Shown one piece after another: positions 28,140 through 40,879 of a stretch of 64,000 bases of DNA (positions are counted from its first letter, which is position 1; every line of letters starts with the position of its first letter). The DNA is from Azolla caroliniana (Eukaryota; Plantae; Polypodiophyta), in contig JBHGNT010000011.1 of assembly GCA_043228905.1 (NCBI GenBank), forward strand, positions 18,910,001-18,974,000, read 5' to 3'. The notes under the pieces are model-generated. The model did not search any database, was not told where the DNA came from, and was given only the letters and a program-made list of their open reading frames with translations. The translations under genes and the position numbers were made by a program.

Positions 28140-28434
28140 AAAATTTAAGGGTATTTTTGGAAATAACCAAAACTATGTGGCATTGAGTCTTTTCCATAAA
28201 GAAAGAGATACATATATGTATATAGATAGATAGAGCCTAGAGGGAGGTCTTTCTTCTATGTAACAGAACAGGGGAGACTCCGGAAAATGACCAAAACGTA
28301 GGGGCATTTCTGGAAATAACGAAAACTATGTGGCATCGAGTCTTCTCGATGGAGAAAAGAGATAGCTAGCGACAACGAGAGAGAGAGAGAGAGTGTGTGT
28401 GTGTCATTTTTCGTCTATGTAGCAGAACAGGGGA
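28140..28434. repeat. Duplicated ~135-150-bp module upstream of the PPR gene
   Basis: ggaaataac.aaaactatgtggcat.gagtctt...agagata...tctatgta.cagaacagggga occurs twice; the second copy contains (GA)n(GT)n. Confidence 0.75.
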
Positions 28435-28580
28435 TAGCCGTCATGATGTTGTACTGAATGCAGCCCCCCAGTTCTGGGACTATTCGCACCAGCAAAAATG
28501 ATTTTAATGATTAGCAAATCCTTAATCCCCAATTTTAAGTTGCGGCATATCTCTGAAGATCTAAGCATGTAAAGAGCGTG

Positions 28581-30347
28581 ATGGTAGAAACATTATCTTT
28601 GAATGGGTCTTATAGTCCAACATGGATCCAAGATGATTTTGGCAAACATGCTTTTAAACATAAGGCCGGAGATGAGCCAAGAAATGGGTTTCTTCTCAAA
28701 CAACAAGAGTTTCAAGAACATCTTGGTCTTGTCGACTCAATCAAGGCATGTATCAAGCATAAGAACCTCTATAGAGGCAAACAAATACATGCTGAGGTCC
28801 TTCAAGAAGGTTTGCTCAATAGAAATGTATACCTTGGTACTGCTCTGATCACTATGTATGCAAGATTCGGCCAGTTATCAAAATCAAGAGAAGTGTTTGA
28901 TGAGCTTAGGGTAAGAAATGTTGTCTCTTTTAATGCCCTTATCACCGGATATGTTCGCCTTGGCCTTGCGCATGAAGCATTAGAATGCTTCCACGAAATG
29001 CGTACGCATGGGATCCCTCCCAATGATGTCACTTATATTTGCATTCTAAAAGCTTGTGGAGTCATCGGTTCGACCCTGGTTGGGGCTGAAATACATGCTG
29101 AGATTAGCAAATTAGGTTTAATTGGAAAGAATGCAATGGTTAGTACTGCACTGGTGGATATGTATGCTAAATGTGGGGATCTTGATAAAGCTCAAGAAGT
29201 GTTTGATGGGTTGAGTGAACGTGACCTTATCTCGTGGACTGCCCTTATCGCGGCATATGCATATCGTGGGAACGGACACATGGCTTTGGATCTGTTTGCA
29301 CGAATGCAAGAAGGGGGGATTTCCCCAAATCCAATCACTTTTGCTTGTGTTTTGAAAGCTTGTGGGCACATGAGGTTCATAAGCAAGGGGGAACAAATTC
29401 ATGCTCATATTGCCAACACAAGAGGGATCTTGGATTTGGGTGAACATAAAATCACTCTTGGGAATGCATTAGTGGATATGTATGCCAAATGTGGAATGAT
29501 CGGAAAAGCTCACAGAGCATTTGATCAACTTCCTGCAAAAGACTTGGTCTCTTGGAATATACTCGTGACTGCCTATGCTCACCATGAGCATGGTGACGAA
29601 GCCTTAAAATGCTTTGCCCAGATGCGAAAGGAGGGGTTCTTGCCGGATGTAGTCACATTCTCTAGTGTTTTGAAAGCTTGTAGTGATGTAGGATCGTTAG
29701 AAAAAGGAGAAGAAATACACATTGAGGTTAGGAAGCAAGGACTATTAGAAAATAGTACTGTGATTGGAAATGCATTGGTGGACATGTATGCAAAGTGCGG
29801 TATGCTGAGAAAAGCTCAAGAAGTGTTCGAGGGGCTTCCAGCTCCAGATGCCATCTCTTGGACGGCATTGATTACAGGATATGCCCAGCTCGGACGAGTG
29901 CGAAGTGCTTTTGATCAATTTAGAAAAATGCTAGCCCAAGGGATTATGCCAGACATCGTCACTTTTCTCGTTTTGCTCACAGCATGTAGCCATGCTGGCC
30001 TGGTTGAGGAAGGGCAAATGTATCTTGATTCTATGATGAACACTTATTGTCTCTCTCCTACAATTGAACACTTCACTTGTATGGTTGATCTATTTACCCG
30101 AGCTGGGCGCTTCGACAGAGCTATTGTTATTATCGAGAAGGTTCCACCTTGCGATTGTCTAGAATTGTGGTTGGTTCTCCTGGGGGCTTGTAGAAAATGG
30201 ATCAATGTAGAGCTTGGGAGGTGGGCTTTCAAGAACTCGGTTCAATTAAATGAAAACAATGGATCTCTCTATGTTTGCATGAGTGATATTTATGCAGCTG
30301 CCGGCATGCAAGAAGAAATTGCCAAAATTGAAGCGTTAAGAATGTAG
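28581..30347 (+). CDS. PLS-class pentatricopeptide repeat protein with E domain and no DYW (probable organellar RNA-editing specificity factor), ~588 aa
   Basis: Single-exon ORF. Repeated ALVDMYAKCG / VSW.ALI..YA / TF..VLKAC motifs, then VTFLVLLTACSHAGLVEEG, PTIEHFTCMVDLFTRAG and the E-domain WLVLLGACRKW..VELG...YVCMSDIYAAAG. The start is uncertain (ATG 28581 used). Confidence 0.92.
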   Translation: MVETLSLNGSYSPTWIQDDFGKHAFKHKAGDEPRNGFLLKQQEFQEHLGLVDSIKACIKHKNLYRGKQIHAEVLQEGLLNRNVYLGTALITMYARFGQLSKSREVFDELRVRNVVSFNALITGYVRLGLAHEALECFHEMRTHGIPPNDVTYICILKACGVIGSTLVGAEIHAEISKLGLIGKNAMVSTALVDMYAKCGDLDKAQEVFDGLSERDLISWTALIAAYAYRGNGHMALDLFARMQEGGISPNPITFACVLKACGHMRFISKGEQIHAHIANTRGILDLGEHKITLGNALVDMYAKCGMIGKAHRAFDQLPAKDLVSWNILVTAYAHHEHGDEALKCFAQMRKEGFLPDVVTFSSVLKACSDVGSLEKGEEIHIEVRKQGLLENSTVIGNALVDMYAKCGMLRKAQEVFEGLPAPDAISWTALITGYAQLGRVRSAFDQFRKMLAQGIMPDIVTFLVLLTACSHAGLVEEGQMYLDSMMNTYCLSPTIEHFTCMVDLFTRAGRFDRAIVIIEKVPPCDCLELWLVLLGACRKWINVELGRWAFKNSVQLNENNGSLYVCMSDIYAAAGMQEEIAKIEALRM

Positions 30348-32447
30348 AAGGGAGTGTGGAGTGTGGAACGATCCTGGCCCTTGCTTGTGGACAATTGATG
30401 GCGGATAACACAACTATTCCCCAAAAGCAAGCATAATCTTGAAGGGATATTGTTAACACAAACTATTGGAAGGGGAGCACAAGCTGTGTAATTTCGGGAG
30501 ATTGATATGGAGATGTGTATGATATGTCGCAAATGAATAACGTAGAGCATCATATGAAAGTTTTCCATTCCACTATGCATCAACAAACTCAGCTTTCCAT
30601 GATGTTTTCTGCTCACAAAACATACCTAAGACACATACAAGGCGGGAAGATTGCATTCTTATGCATACAACAAACATTTATACCATGCATTTTCTTATCC
30701 TCTGTTTCTCAAAATTCGTTGCGATACACCAACAGTCACCACAATGCTTTTTGTGGTGTTTGTTTATCACCATTAGATTTATCTAATGATGAGGCTAAGT
30801 AGCTGGAAAAAACTGCCCTTCCCGAATGATGGAGTCCATTCTTTGTATGAAGATTTGAAAAGGTCATAAGTTGTGGGTTATGTTTGAGTTGTTTGAACTT
30901 GCAAAGAGGTTTGAAGATTTTTGAAACTATGAGCAGATATCAATTTGAAGTGGATCTTCTAAATGAGCATCGGACACATTCTCTCTCCAACCCAATTCGT
31001 GCGTAGTACATGAAAAAGGTAGATGATAGTCGATCTTTACAGATCATGGTCTCTACTTCTTACCACAGAATACAATGTGTCAGGTATGAGGATGAAATCG
31101 TTGCTGACGATTTGTCTGAAAATAAACATAGCAATTTGGAATATGATAGATGATTGATTGTTCAAACTTAAATAAAATAAGTTGTGAAATTTTGAAGCTA
31201 GGTTAAACATCCATATAAACTTAATGGGTATGACATGCATGTTCTTATGAGGCTTTGCCAATTTTACTTCTTAAAGAAGAAATGCATATGTTATTACATT
31301 ATTTCTCTTTCCTCAGGAGAGATGCTGTGGTAAATTTATGCATATATTTATACATACACATATACATCGTACAAAATTGCTACTACGGTATTTGTTTGTT
31401 CAAGGCTATGTATGCCTTCCCAAGGTTGTTGAACTGTTGAGAGGTGTTATGTCTACTTATTTACACTTTTATTCTTCACCTAAAGTTATTTGCATTAGTA
31501 TTGCTAAAAATCAAACTAAGCTAGAATAAATCAATATCATTCTGAGTCAAAGAAGTTGATTCATAAAAAAGGGACCAATCTATCTAACTTTGGGTTTCTT
31601 ACTATAGAGTTTTCATAAGTCATGACTCATGACTATATATGATTAGTCACATAAACCCAATCTTTCTGGTTTGTTTGAGGTTCTGGAACTACTTTCTTTT
31701 CGATTTCTAGCTCTCATCAATGCTTATACCATATGCACACGATGCTTTTCATGAAAATTTCTACCTTTATCCATGTTGTGGCGTCTTATTAGAAACTATT
31801 TTACAATATAATGGATTCATGCTCTTGATTATGCAGATACACAATGAGTTGTGGCATGGGCTTAATGTTCGAGATTCACTTGATGGCATTCACAATATTC
31901 AAATTACTCTGTCCCCATATGCGTGTCACTTCTGAAAATGGAAACTATGAATGCCATGTTTGAGCATCCGATATGTGCACATGTGTCAAATATGGATGGA
32001 TAGTGTGGACACGTTGAATTTTTCTAATGAAGATTAAATTGGTTCTAGATTGATAAACCATTTTGTGTGCAGGGTTTGAGACTTTTCATGGGTCTTTCAA
32101 ATGTTCTATATAAATTTTTTGCAATACGAGTGTCGGGAAGGAACATTGAGATTGAAAATCACCCAAGGAACCAAGTATCTATTTCCAACCCTAAGCTCAT
32201 CAAGAATTATTCCAATATCATCTTGTGTCTCATCCAATCCATCTTAGATCATATTGTCCTAGAATGTGCTTCTTGTTAGTGATCTAAGAAGTTCCATACA
32301 TATTACAAATAGTTAAGTTGGTGCCCTCGACTTCATGATTTCATTGAGGCCTATGTTTGTACTTGTTATGTATGTTGTTGATCTAAGAGACCTAGACATT
32401 GTCTACGAGAGTTGTTGTAACCATCATTGGGTTTTGATGGACATCCA

Positions 32448-32808
32448 ATCAGATCGTAGAAATATCTCCACCATTTAGGGGTAAAAAACCAATATATGTA
32501 TTGTCTAGATAGGCTCCATTTTTCAAAGATATTGTCTTTCCAAAGCTATCTTATATTTATTGAAACCATTCGAGAATTCATTGAAATTGATAAGATGGAA
32601 TGGGCGTATAGGTTCTTTTCGAACATACGGATCTATGATTTTCGTATCTTTGTGTGAGACCTTCTCAGTCAATCCTATTAGAGATATTGATGTTACATCA
32701 TTGCGTAGTGAGAATCTTAGTAACCAGTAAAGCTTTTTCAATTCTTCTGGTTCCCAGAAAGTCCCAATGGACGAATCATTTTGATAGAATCGATTATGAG
32801 TTAACGGA
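32448..32808 (-). pseudogene. ycf2: Nuclear plastid DNA insertion (NUPT): ycf2 fragment with a frameshift
   Basis: The - strand reads ...PIRPFHLINFNEFSNGFNKYKIA, then after a frameshift WKDNIFEKWSLSRQYIYWFFTPKWWRYFYDLI. This matches my recollection of the conserved Ycf2 segment KWxLFxxYxPWFFTxxWWxY. Confidence 0.7.
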
Positions 32809-32823
32809 TAAACCCTAAACCCT

Positions 32824-34304
32824 TGGTGCTCTCGAGAGACAATGTGCACATTTGCAGCTCCAAGAGCCATGGACTAAGCTATGGTTATTTGATACACTTG
32901 TCACACCAACTCTTCTCTATGGAGTAGAGACATGGGGACCGAGTCTTAACAAGGCAAACCATTGGAAAGATTTAGAGAGACCTTTAGTGTCAATGATTGC
33001 TCGCATGATAAGGAGCAAAGCATTGGTGCCCCATGATATAATCTGGGCAGAGATGGGAGCAACACCTATAATAACCGAGGCATTGTTCCGATCAGTGACA
33101 TTTATCCAACGTCTTTAGGAGCTCCCTAAACGAAGGTACCCAAGGTTGGCACTTATGTCATCAAGACAACTAGTTGAAAATGGAGACACTCATTGTTGGT
33201 ATGTTGAAATGCAGCAATGGTTCGAGTCACATGGCATGAGTATAAATGCACTACCCCCATTCCAATATAGATTGGACTGTCCCCATCTCAATATGACCAA
33301 AGTGGAAAAGAATAGAGTGATCTGAACGGATATTATTAACTTAGAAAACAAGATAACATGGATCAACCCCAAAATACCACTTGGTACAAAGATGGCCCAC
33401 TATAGGACACAGTTCTTACATACATCGGAGGATGGATTTGTCATCAGGCCACCTTATATGGACATACATCTATCCTATGCACTGCGTAGTGTGATAGGGC
33501 CGCTGCGAACTTCGTCACATCAACTACAGATTGAGGTAGGCAGATATACATGACTACCTCTAGAAGAGAGAATTTGCCAATTGTGTCATCAAGGAGTGGA
33601 ATTTGAAGAACACTATGTTTGTCATTGTAGTGTCTTTTATGAAATCAAAGGGAGATACCATTGCCTATTTAAACAAGGCTTTGGCCCACTACGCAAGGTA
33701 ATGGAATATGAGGACCAACAATGCCTATGACTTTTCTTGCTCGAGCTCAAGAGACATCGGGAAAAGTTGTTGAAGAATACAGCCACACAAGCTCATCCAC
33801 AAAGAACAATCACAACTTTCTTTAGCTCCATCACTCCTAATGCTAGAAGTCAACGCCAAGATACAGAAATGGGATCCAGACCAGGATATAACAAAAGGGG
33901 TTACAACTGATCGGGCAATGGCAATTTGTCGTGCACATAGGCCCCAACCCCATGGAGCACGACCTCGACACCCTTGTCATCGACAGATAAAAGCCATTAT
34001 CTCCCGCCATCATAGGTGCTTCCCTCGCTTCGAAGACATTTCCATTCTAGATCGACCTATGATAGAGATCTTTCGAAGACAAAAGCTACAATATACCTAA
34101 CTTGAGAATCTCACATGTGCCAAAAACCAGATTCTCTGGTCTCTTTTCTTTTCATCTTATTTACTTTTATATTTAATGTGTAATATTTAATTTATTTTGA
34201 TTTGTTCTCAAAGATGAGAAAACACTTCAAATGTAATCTCTTATTTGGTCTTATAGGCCATTTTGGCCTCTTAAAAGACGTAATATATTTTTCTTTCTTT
34301 CTTT
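32824..34304 (+). mobile_element. 5'-truncated non-LTR retrotransposon (RT thumb plus C-terminal zinc finger; RTE-X/L2-like), with internal stops
   Basis: LWLFDTLVTPTLLYGVETWG; LRTSSHQLQIEVGRYT*LPLEERICQLCHQGVEFEEHYVCHC..FYEIKGRY. Ends in a stem-loop and a short (tttc)n tail at ~34247-34304. Confidence 0.85.
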
Positions 34305-34798
34305 GGACCACATTACAAATTTCCTTTCTTCCAAGTGTTTTGATGTCATCTTCACAATGGTTGATTAGTTCACTAAGATAGGACATTTCCGTCCATGCAC
34401 CAAGACTATCAATAGTCAAGAGATAACGCACCACCTCAAAAACCCTAAGCACATCCCGGCCTTCACTGTCCACTAAAAATCTAGCATATGATGGCATTAT
34501 TGGAAAGTGCATGCCGATTTTCTGTAAATGTAGAAGCGGCAAAAACCACTACAAATTAGGGACCGGGATCGACCTAAACAATAGACAAAAAAACTCTGAG
34601 CTGATGTGTTGCAAAATTTTTATTGGTAAAATGAAAAGCGGGATGGACAAGGTTTTTCCTGTCCAGCGAATTGGGGTTGGAACAAAAATAATCCGACTAG
34701 GGAACTGAGGGAATGTTCGCCATGTATTGAGTAGACCAAGGGAAAAGTTGAGCTTTCTTCGGCGAGCTACTCAAGTATCGGTCTCCTTTTTCTTGGAA

Positions 34799-34967
34799 CA
34801 CATACATATACATATATACGATATACATAGACATAGACATTAGTCATATACATATATACGATATACAATATACATAGACATAGACATAGACATAGACATA
34901 GACATAGACATAGACATAGACATAGACATAGACATAGACATAGACATAGACATAGACATAGACATAG

Positions 34968-35011
<44 letters not shown>

Positions 35012-35066
35012 ACATATACACATACATATACATATATGTACATATATACATATATTAATATACATA
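34799..35066. repeat. Compound hexanucleotide microsatellite (ACATAG)n/(ACATAT)n
   Basis: Perfect ACATAG run at ~34872-34968, flanked by ACATAT-type repeats. Confidence 0.97.
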
Positions 35067-35631
35067 GATGGATATAAGAATCATGGGGTGATAGTCAACG
35101 GTAGTAGCTAGGAGGCTCATTCCATTGGGCAAGGGCAAGGGCAAAAGGCGAAAGAGGCAAAATGATGGGGATGATGGGAATCCAATTGGAATTGGAATTG
35201 GAATTGGGTGGGCAGTGGCTACTAAAGGAGCACGTCGAACCCCCTTTCTCCTAAGGTTTCAAACGCAGATGATTTGCCACGTGCCGCCACACGATAGGCT
35301 GGATATTATCCGAGCTGGAAAATCCGAATATGTATGTATGTATGCTTCCCTCACATTGTAACTCTCTCTCCCAACTCTCCCCACTCTCTGCTCTCTCTGC
35401 TCTCTCTGCAGATAAACCTAATCCCCCTCCCTCAATCTCTGCAGGCAGAAACCTCTAAATTGAACCCTAATCTCACAACCTTCATCCCAGAAAACCTGAT
35501 TTCTGCACACAAAACGCTCTCCCTCCTCCCCAGAATCCCTAATCTCCGACAGAGACAGAGCTCTGCTTTTCCTTTCTCAAGACATTCTAGCTGATCGCTT
35601 GTTTCTCTGTTTTCCTTTTTTCATTCTTCCC

Positions 35632-38600
35632 ATGGCTTCCTTCACTGCCTCCAGCATCTGCTTCTCTTTCAAAATTACCAGAACCGAGCATCTCATTTGC
35701 TCTGCCACAGATCAAGCTCATTCTCCTTCTTCCCTCAAGAAATTAGGGTTTCATTGTATGGCTCAGCAGACAGCTTCGCCATTGCTGGATTTCTCAGGCC
35801 GGCCTCAGAACGAGCTTCCAATACCCGTCTTGGCCTCTTCTACTTCTTCATTGATCGATTCAGGTATATGCCATCTTATTTTGGTTTCTCCTTCCATGGC
35901 TAATCAGGGTTTACGTTTCAATACGAAGAAACAAGAAACACTGAGTCTTTTAGTGTTTCTGTTAATGTAGATATTTAGGTTTACTTGTTCCCGTGACAAT
36001 ATGGAAGGGCTGAATGGGCATCTTCTTTTAGGTCTTATACTGTTTCAATTTAGAGTTTTTGTGTTTACATGGAAGAAAGTAAAAGAATGAGTTTCTTTTT
36101 CGCTGTACCAATACGCAAGACAGTGAAAGAGTGATTTTTGAGTTTTAGGGCCTCTGTATTGACATGGAGAAAAAAGGAAAGGTTCCGTTTAAATGTTCAC
36201 TGAAAAGAAGGTAATGAACGTCTATTTGTTAGGATTTATTGTCCGAGTTAGGGTGTCTATATTAATAGGGGAAGCGAAAGATAGAAACGAGCTCTAGGGT
36301 TTCCACATCGATTTGGAAGAGAAGAAGAAAGGACGAGCATCTCTTTTTCGACAGTTTCATTGTATTAATATGGAATTGAAAAAAGGAGAGAATCAGACTC
36401 TTTATTCTGGCTCTATTTAGGGTTACAATATATTAGTAAGGAAGAAAAACGGAGACAATGAGCATCTGCATTTTAGTTTTTCTTAGCTTTATCTAGGATG
36501 AGCGTCTGTAAGTTAATATGGAAGAAAAAAGGAGAGAATGATTCTCTTTCGTTTTAGAGTGGCTAGTTCCACATAGATTTTTTGTGTGAAAAAAAGAAAA
36601 AGGATGTGTCTCTATGTGTTTTAGGGTTTAATGGTGTTGGGTTTCCCCAACAAATGGAAAAAAAGATAAAATAAGCATCTGAAAATTTAAGGTTTCTGTG
36701 TTTACATAGAAAAAGACAAGGAAATACTGAGCCGCTGTTGTTATAATCGGTTTACAGGAAGTTTGTGGCGAAGCTCTGATGCTTCTGTGCAATCCTCAAC
36801 ACAAAATGAGGATATTATTTCATCTGATTCTCCAGGAGGTCTGTCTGTTGCCTCCCTCATGGAACCCGTTGATGAAGACCTACAGATTCTGAACAGAAAC
36901 CTCCTTACTGTATGGCGAATGCTTCTTATAGAGATTCTTTTGAGGGTTTTGGCTTAGCATCTATTATTGTGGGTAGATATTTCATTGCTGATGAATGCTT
37001 TGCATATAGATTCATATGAAGTTTTCGGGTTTTGGATTAGATGCAGGGGTTATAACATTAATGCTTAAGAGAGTATGCTGTACAAAGTGCCTTTATCTTG
37101 CTTTCTTTAGGGTTAGTCCCTACACTTTTCTTGTGGACTTGCAAGACTCCAAATGGATTTAGGGTTTACCATTTATGGTTAAGAGAGAATGGTGTGCTGA
37201 GTGTTTTTCTTGATTTCGTACTGGCTAATGGGCACTCTCTGTTCTGGTGGCCTTCGCCCATGTAGATGTAAATGTATATGTGTGTGTGTGTGTGTATGTC
37301 TTTATATATCGGCTCATTGTATATTGTCCAGATTGTGGGGTCCGAGAATCCCTTACTCATGGCGGCTGCTGAACAAATATTTAGTGCTGGTGGCAAGAGG
37401 ATGAGACCGGCATTAGTTTTGCTAGCTTCCAAGGCGACTGCTGAGCTAGCAGGCCTCAAGTAAGTCTCCTTTTTTTTTCTTTTCCTCATTCTTCATAAAG
37501 GTTCAAACGTTGCCTGGTTGTTTCATTGCTCTGTAATTCCCTTCATCCAGAGATATCAATCCACAGCATAGAATGCTAGCAGAGGTGATAGAGATGATTC
37601 ACACAGCAAGTTTGATACATGATGATGTTCTGGATGAGAGCGCTGTGAGACGAGGTACATTTTATGGCATTTTGTTTTGTATTCTCTTGCATTTTTTGGT
37701 GTTATGCCTTTTTTACAATAAAGTTAGCCCAGAGTTGGCTATGTGATATGATTGCTAGAACTGCATCCATGTTGCAATTGTTTCGAAGAAAGAGGTTTGA
37801 GAAGCTCCATATTACATACTATAGCCAATGTGCATTTTGTTTGAAGTGTGAATGACATGTATAGGGATCCTAGTGTGCAGACGCACATGGGATGTTATAT
37901 TCAGGTTGGATAGAATTATGATATATGCATTGAATGTGTAGATTTTATATTTTCATTATAATATTTAACCTTGAACTTCATTTCAAAATTTTCTTATATT
38001 GATTAAAAGTCATTATTCTACAAGAATGATATAATGTCCATCTGTGCATGCATACATTTTTATCATGTGGAAGTCGAGGGGCCTAGGCCTCGATAAGCTC
38101 TCTAACCTCTTAAATTCACGAATTCTGGACACTGCGATCTAGGAACTTTACCAATGTCTTTTCTGATATTCTTTTCTGGACTTTGTACTTGTTTAGATTC
38201 ATGCTTCTGTGTTTGAGCCAAATGTGGTCAATCCTCAACCATCACTTCATTGTACAAATGTATTTTAGAAGTAAGGGTATATTAACTAATGTCTGGTAGA
38301 GGCTGAAATCTTCTTATAAGGCACTGCCATCTAGGAATTTTATTGATGCTTACCATGGTAATCTTTTTTGGACTTCGTTTTTACTTAGATTCATGCTTAC
38401 TTGTTGGTGCAAAATGTTGCTGTTTCACAGCAGGCACTACTTCATTACTTGATTGTATAAATGTATTTTAGAAATGAGTTAATTGAACCTCCTTATGACA
38501 GAAAGACAGAAAAATATATTAACTAATGTCTTCTTGTGGACGAAATTGGCATGTGTGGTTATCCACACTGAAAAACAATTAACAGCTCTAAGCTTCCTAA

Positions 38601-40423
38601 AGATCCATGATAATGCTCTTAATGCATGAGATGGCTTTACAATTGGTGATGGTTCTTGAGATGGTTTTACTAGCATGAAGTGCATAAGTACTATGTATAG
38701 GATGAGTGGTGGTGGGCCATGGTTTTTTATGTTGGTTGGTGTAGTGGATTGGCGCAATGATGTACACTGATTACAGTTGGATGTTCTTAGTTTCTTGGAC
38801 ATGTCAAGAAATGATCTCCATAATCTGGTGCTGGTATGGTCCATGGTCCTTGTATCCCTAGGTATGCAAAGCGCTTGTCCTGTTTTGATCTCTATCTGGT
38901 GGTTGGAAACTCTGAGTTGCCCTATTGCTTTGCAGGCACTATGGGGCCTGTAGATGTCCATGCACCTTGGTCTCTGTATGATTCCATCCATGAGAAAGCA
39001 GCTCATAATCTCATCTTTGTGGGAAAAAGGCATTCTTGGTGTGATCCATGTCTTTTGGCTATAGAGTTTCCATAGATCTTGCCACAATACCTTGTTCCTT
39101 TCTTCATGTTGTAGGATTGTAGATTATCTTCTTGATTTCAAGACGATTGTTGGACCTCATTGTTACTTATGAGTGCCACAATCCTCCTTCCCCTTTTGTT
39201 GTCACCATTTCCTTCAATTGTTTCAATGCCTTACGCTGTACTTCTTTAAGGTGGCATAAATTTTCACCTGGTAGGTAAGGTTCACTGTTTGTAATAATGC
39301 TTCTACCAGTACAGGAGGGTGGAGCCCACTAGTGAAGGAGAACGAGAGTGAGAAAAAGAAAGAATGATATTTGAACGGCCTCTGAATCAAATCATTTCTA
39401 CAAATATGGGTGAATTCATGCTATCCATACTGAAACAAAAATAAAAGCTCTAGGTTTCTATAAGCTCTTTGATTATGATCTTAACGCATTTGGTTGGATG
39501 ATTTTGGAGATGATTTACAAGCATACACTGTAACTAATATGTATGGTATTTGGGTTTAGAGAAAGAGATAGGAGGTGAGATATAATTTGCATGATTTGTA
39601 GGCAAAGAAACTATCCACCAATTGTATGGCACAAGAGTTGCTGTTTTAGCTGGTGACTTCATGTTTGCTCAATCATCCTGGTATCTCGCATGTATGGAGA
39701 ATCTTCAGGTTATCAAGCTCATCAGTCAGGTAAAATTCCGTAGAAATCTAGAGCTTCATCTATAAAGAATTGAGGCAGTAATAGAATGCTCGAGGTATAA
39801 AAAAATATAAGAATGCTTTTTTGGGGATATACTGAGAATGCATGAGGTAATATTCAGATGCTTTCATTGTGCAGGTTATAAAAGACTTAGCCAGTGGTGA
39901 AATAAAGCAAGCCTCGAGCCTTTTCGATTGCGATACGACACTCGAGCAATATTTGGATAAGAGCTACTATAAGACAGCATCTCTTATTGCTGCGAGCACA
40001 TGTTCGGCAGCTATATTCAGTGGGGTCAAACCAGATGTTTGTGACAAGATGTTTAGATATGGATTGAACCTTGGTTTGGCTTTCCAAATTGTGGATGACA
40101 TATTGGATTTCACCCAATCAACTGAGGAACTTGGGAAGCCTGCTGGGAGTGATCTCTCTAAAGGGAACCTTACTGCTCCTGTCTTGTTCTCCTTAAAAGA
40201 AGACGAGGAATTGAGAAGGATTATTGAGTCTGAATTCATTGATGAAGGATCGCTAGACGTGGCTATTGCACGCGTTCGGCAAGGTAAAGGGTTGGATAAA
40301 TCTCGTGCACTCGCAAAGGAGAAGGGCAATGAGGCCAAATCTTGTCTTCAATGCCTTTCTCATGGACCTTACAGATCAAGCCTTGAAGGAATGGTAGATT
40401 ATGTATTGGAACGTCTATTCTAG
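35632..40423 (+). CDS. SPS: Plastid solanesyl diphosphate synthase (trans-long-chain prenyl diphosphate synthase), 6 exons, ~430 aa
   Basis: Exons 35632-35863, 36758-36909, 37332-37459, 37551-37654, 39602-39729 and 39875-40423 (GT-AG, 1293 nt, in frame). Ser-rich transit peptide, GGKRMRP, FARM ([12 protein letters not shown]), [37 protein letters not shown] ([10 protein letters not shown]) and GKPAGSDL. Confidence 0.95.
38760..39110 (-). mobile_element. LINE C-terminal relic in SPS intron 4, antisense to the gene
   Basis: [18 protein letters not shown] resembles the LRTSSHQLQIEVGR motif of the 32824-34304 element. It is preceded by TWITPRMP...MDG.IQRP..MD. Confidence 0.7.
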
Positions 40424-40879
40424 AATATATATATATATATACACATACATTCAACTCCATGTTATGAAGCAATAAAAGAAAAGAGAAGAAGAAGAGAAGA
40501 TGTATACTATACTCACTACTGATTCTTGATACATTTGTGATGAGAGAAGAGGCAGCATGAATTTCCAGTATTGGAGTGTAGTTAACACTAACCATGCTTT
40601 GGGCTGCAGTATGTACATTGTTCAAAGGCAAATCGAAAATCTTGTGGAGAGTCTCCCAAGCATATGTTGTATATTTCAAAAATATGCTTTCAGAGTGAGA
40701 ATCATCATAGGATCATCCTGTATTTGTAAGCATCAAGGGATATGTATTGTCATGGAAATGGAATGATATTGCAGATTTGTCTTGATCATAAAATGGAATT
40801 ATATTGTTTATTATGTTGTAAATGCAAACATTTATAGACTAAGTTAATTTATGTGCATTGCCATGTTGAACCTTTTTAT

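Noticed and set aside
34767-35065. ORFs with CLCLCL, MSMSMS and VYVYVY runs
   Set aside because: They are translations of the hexanucleotide microsatellite.
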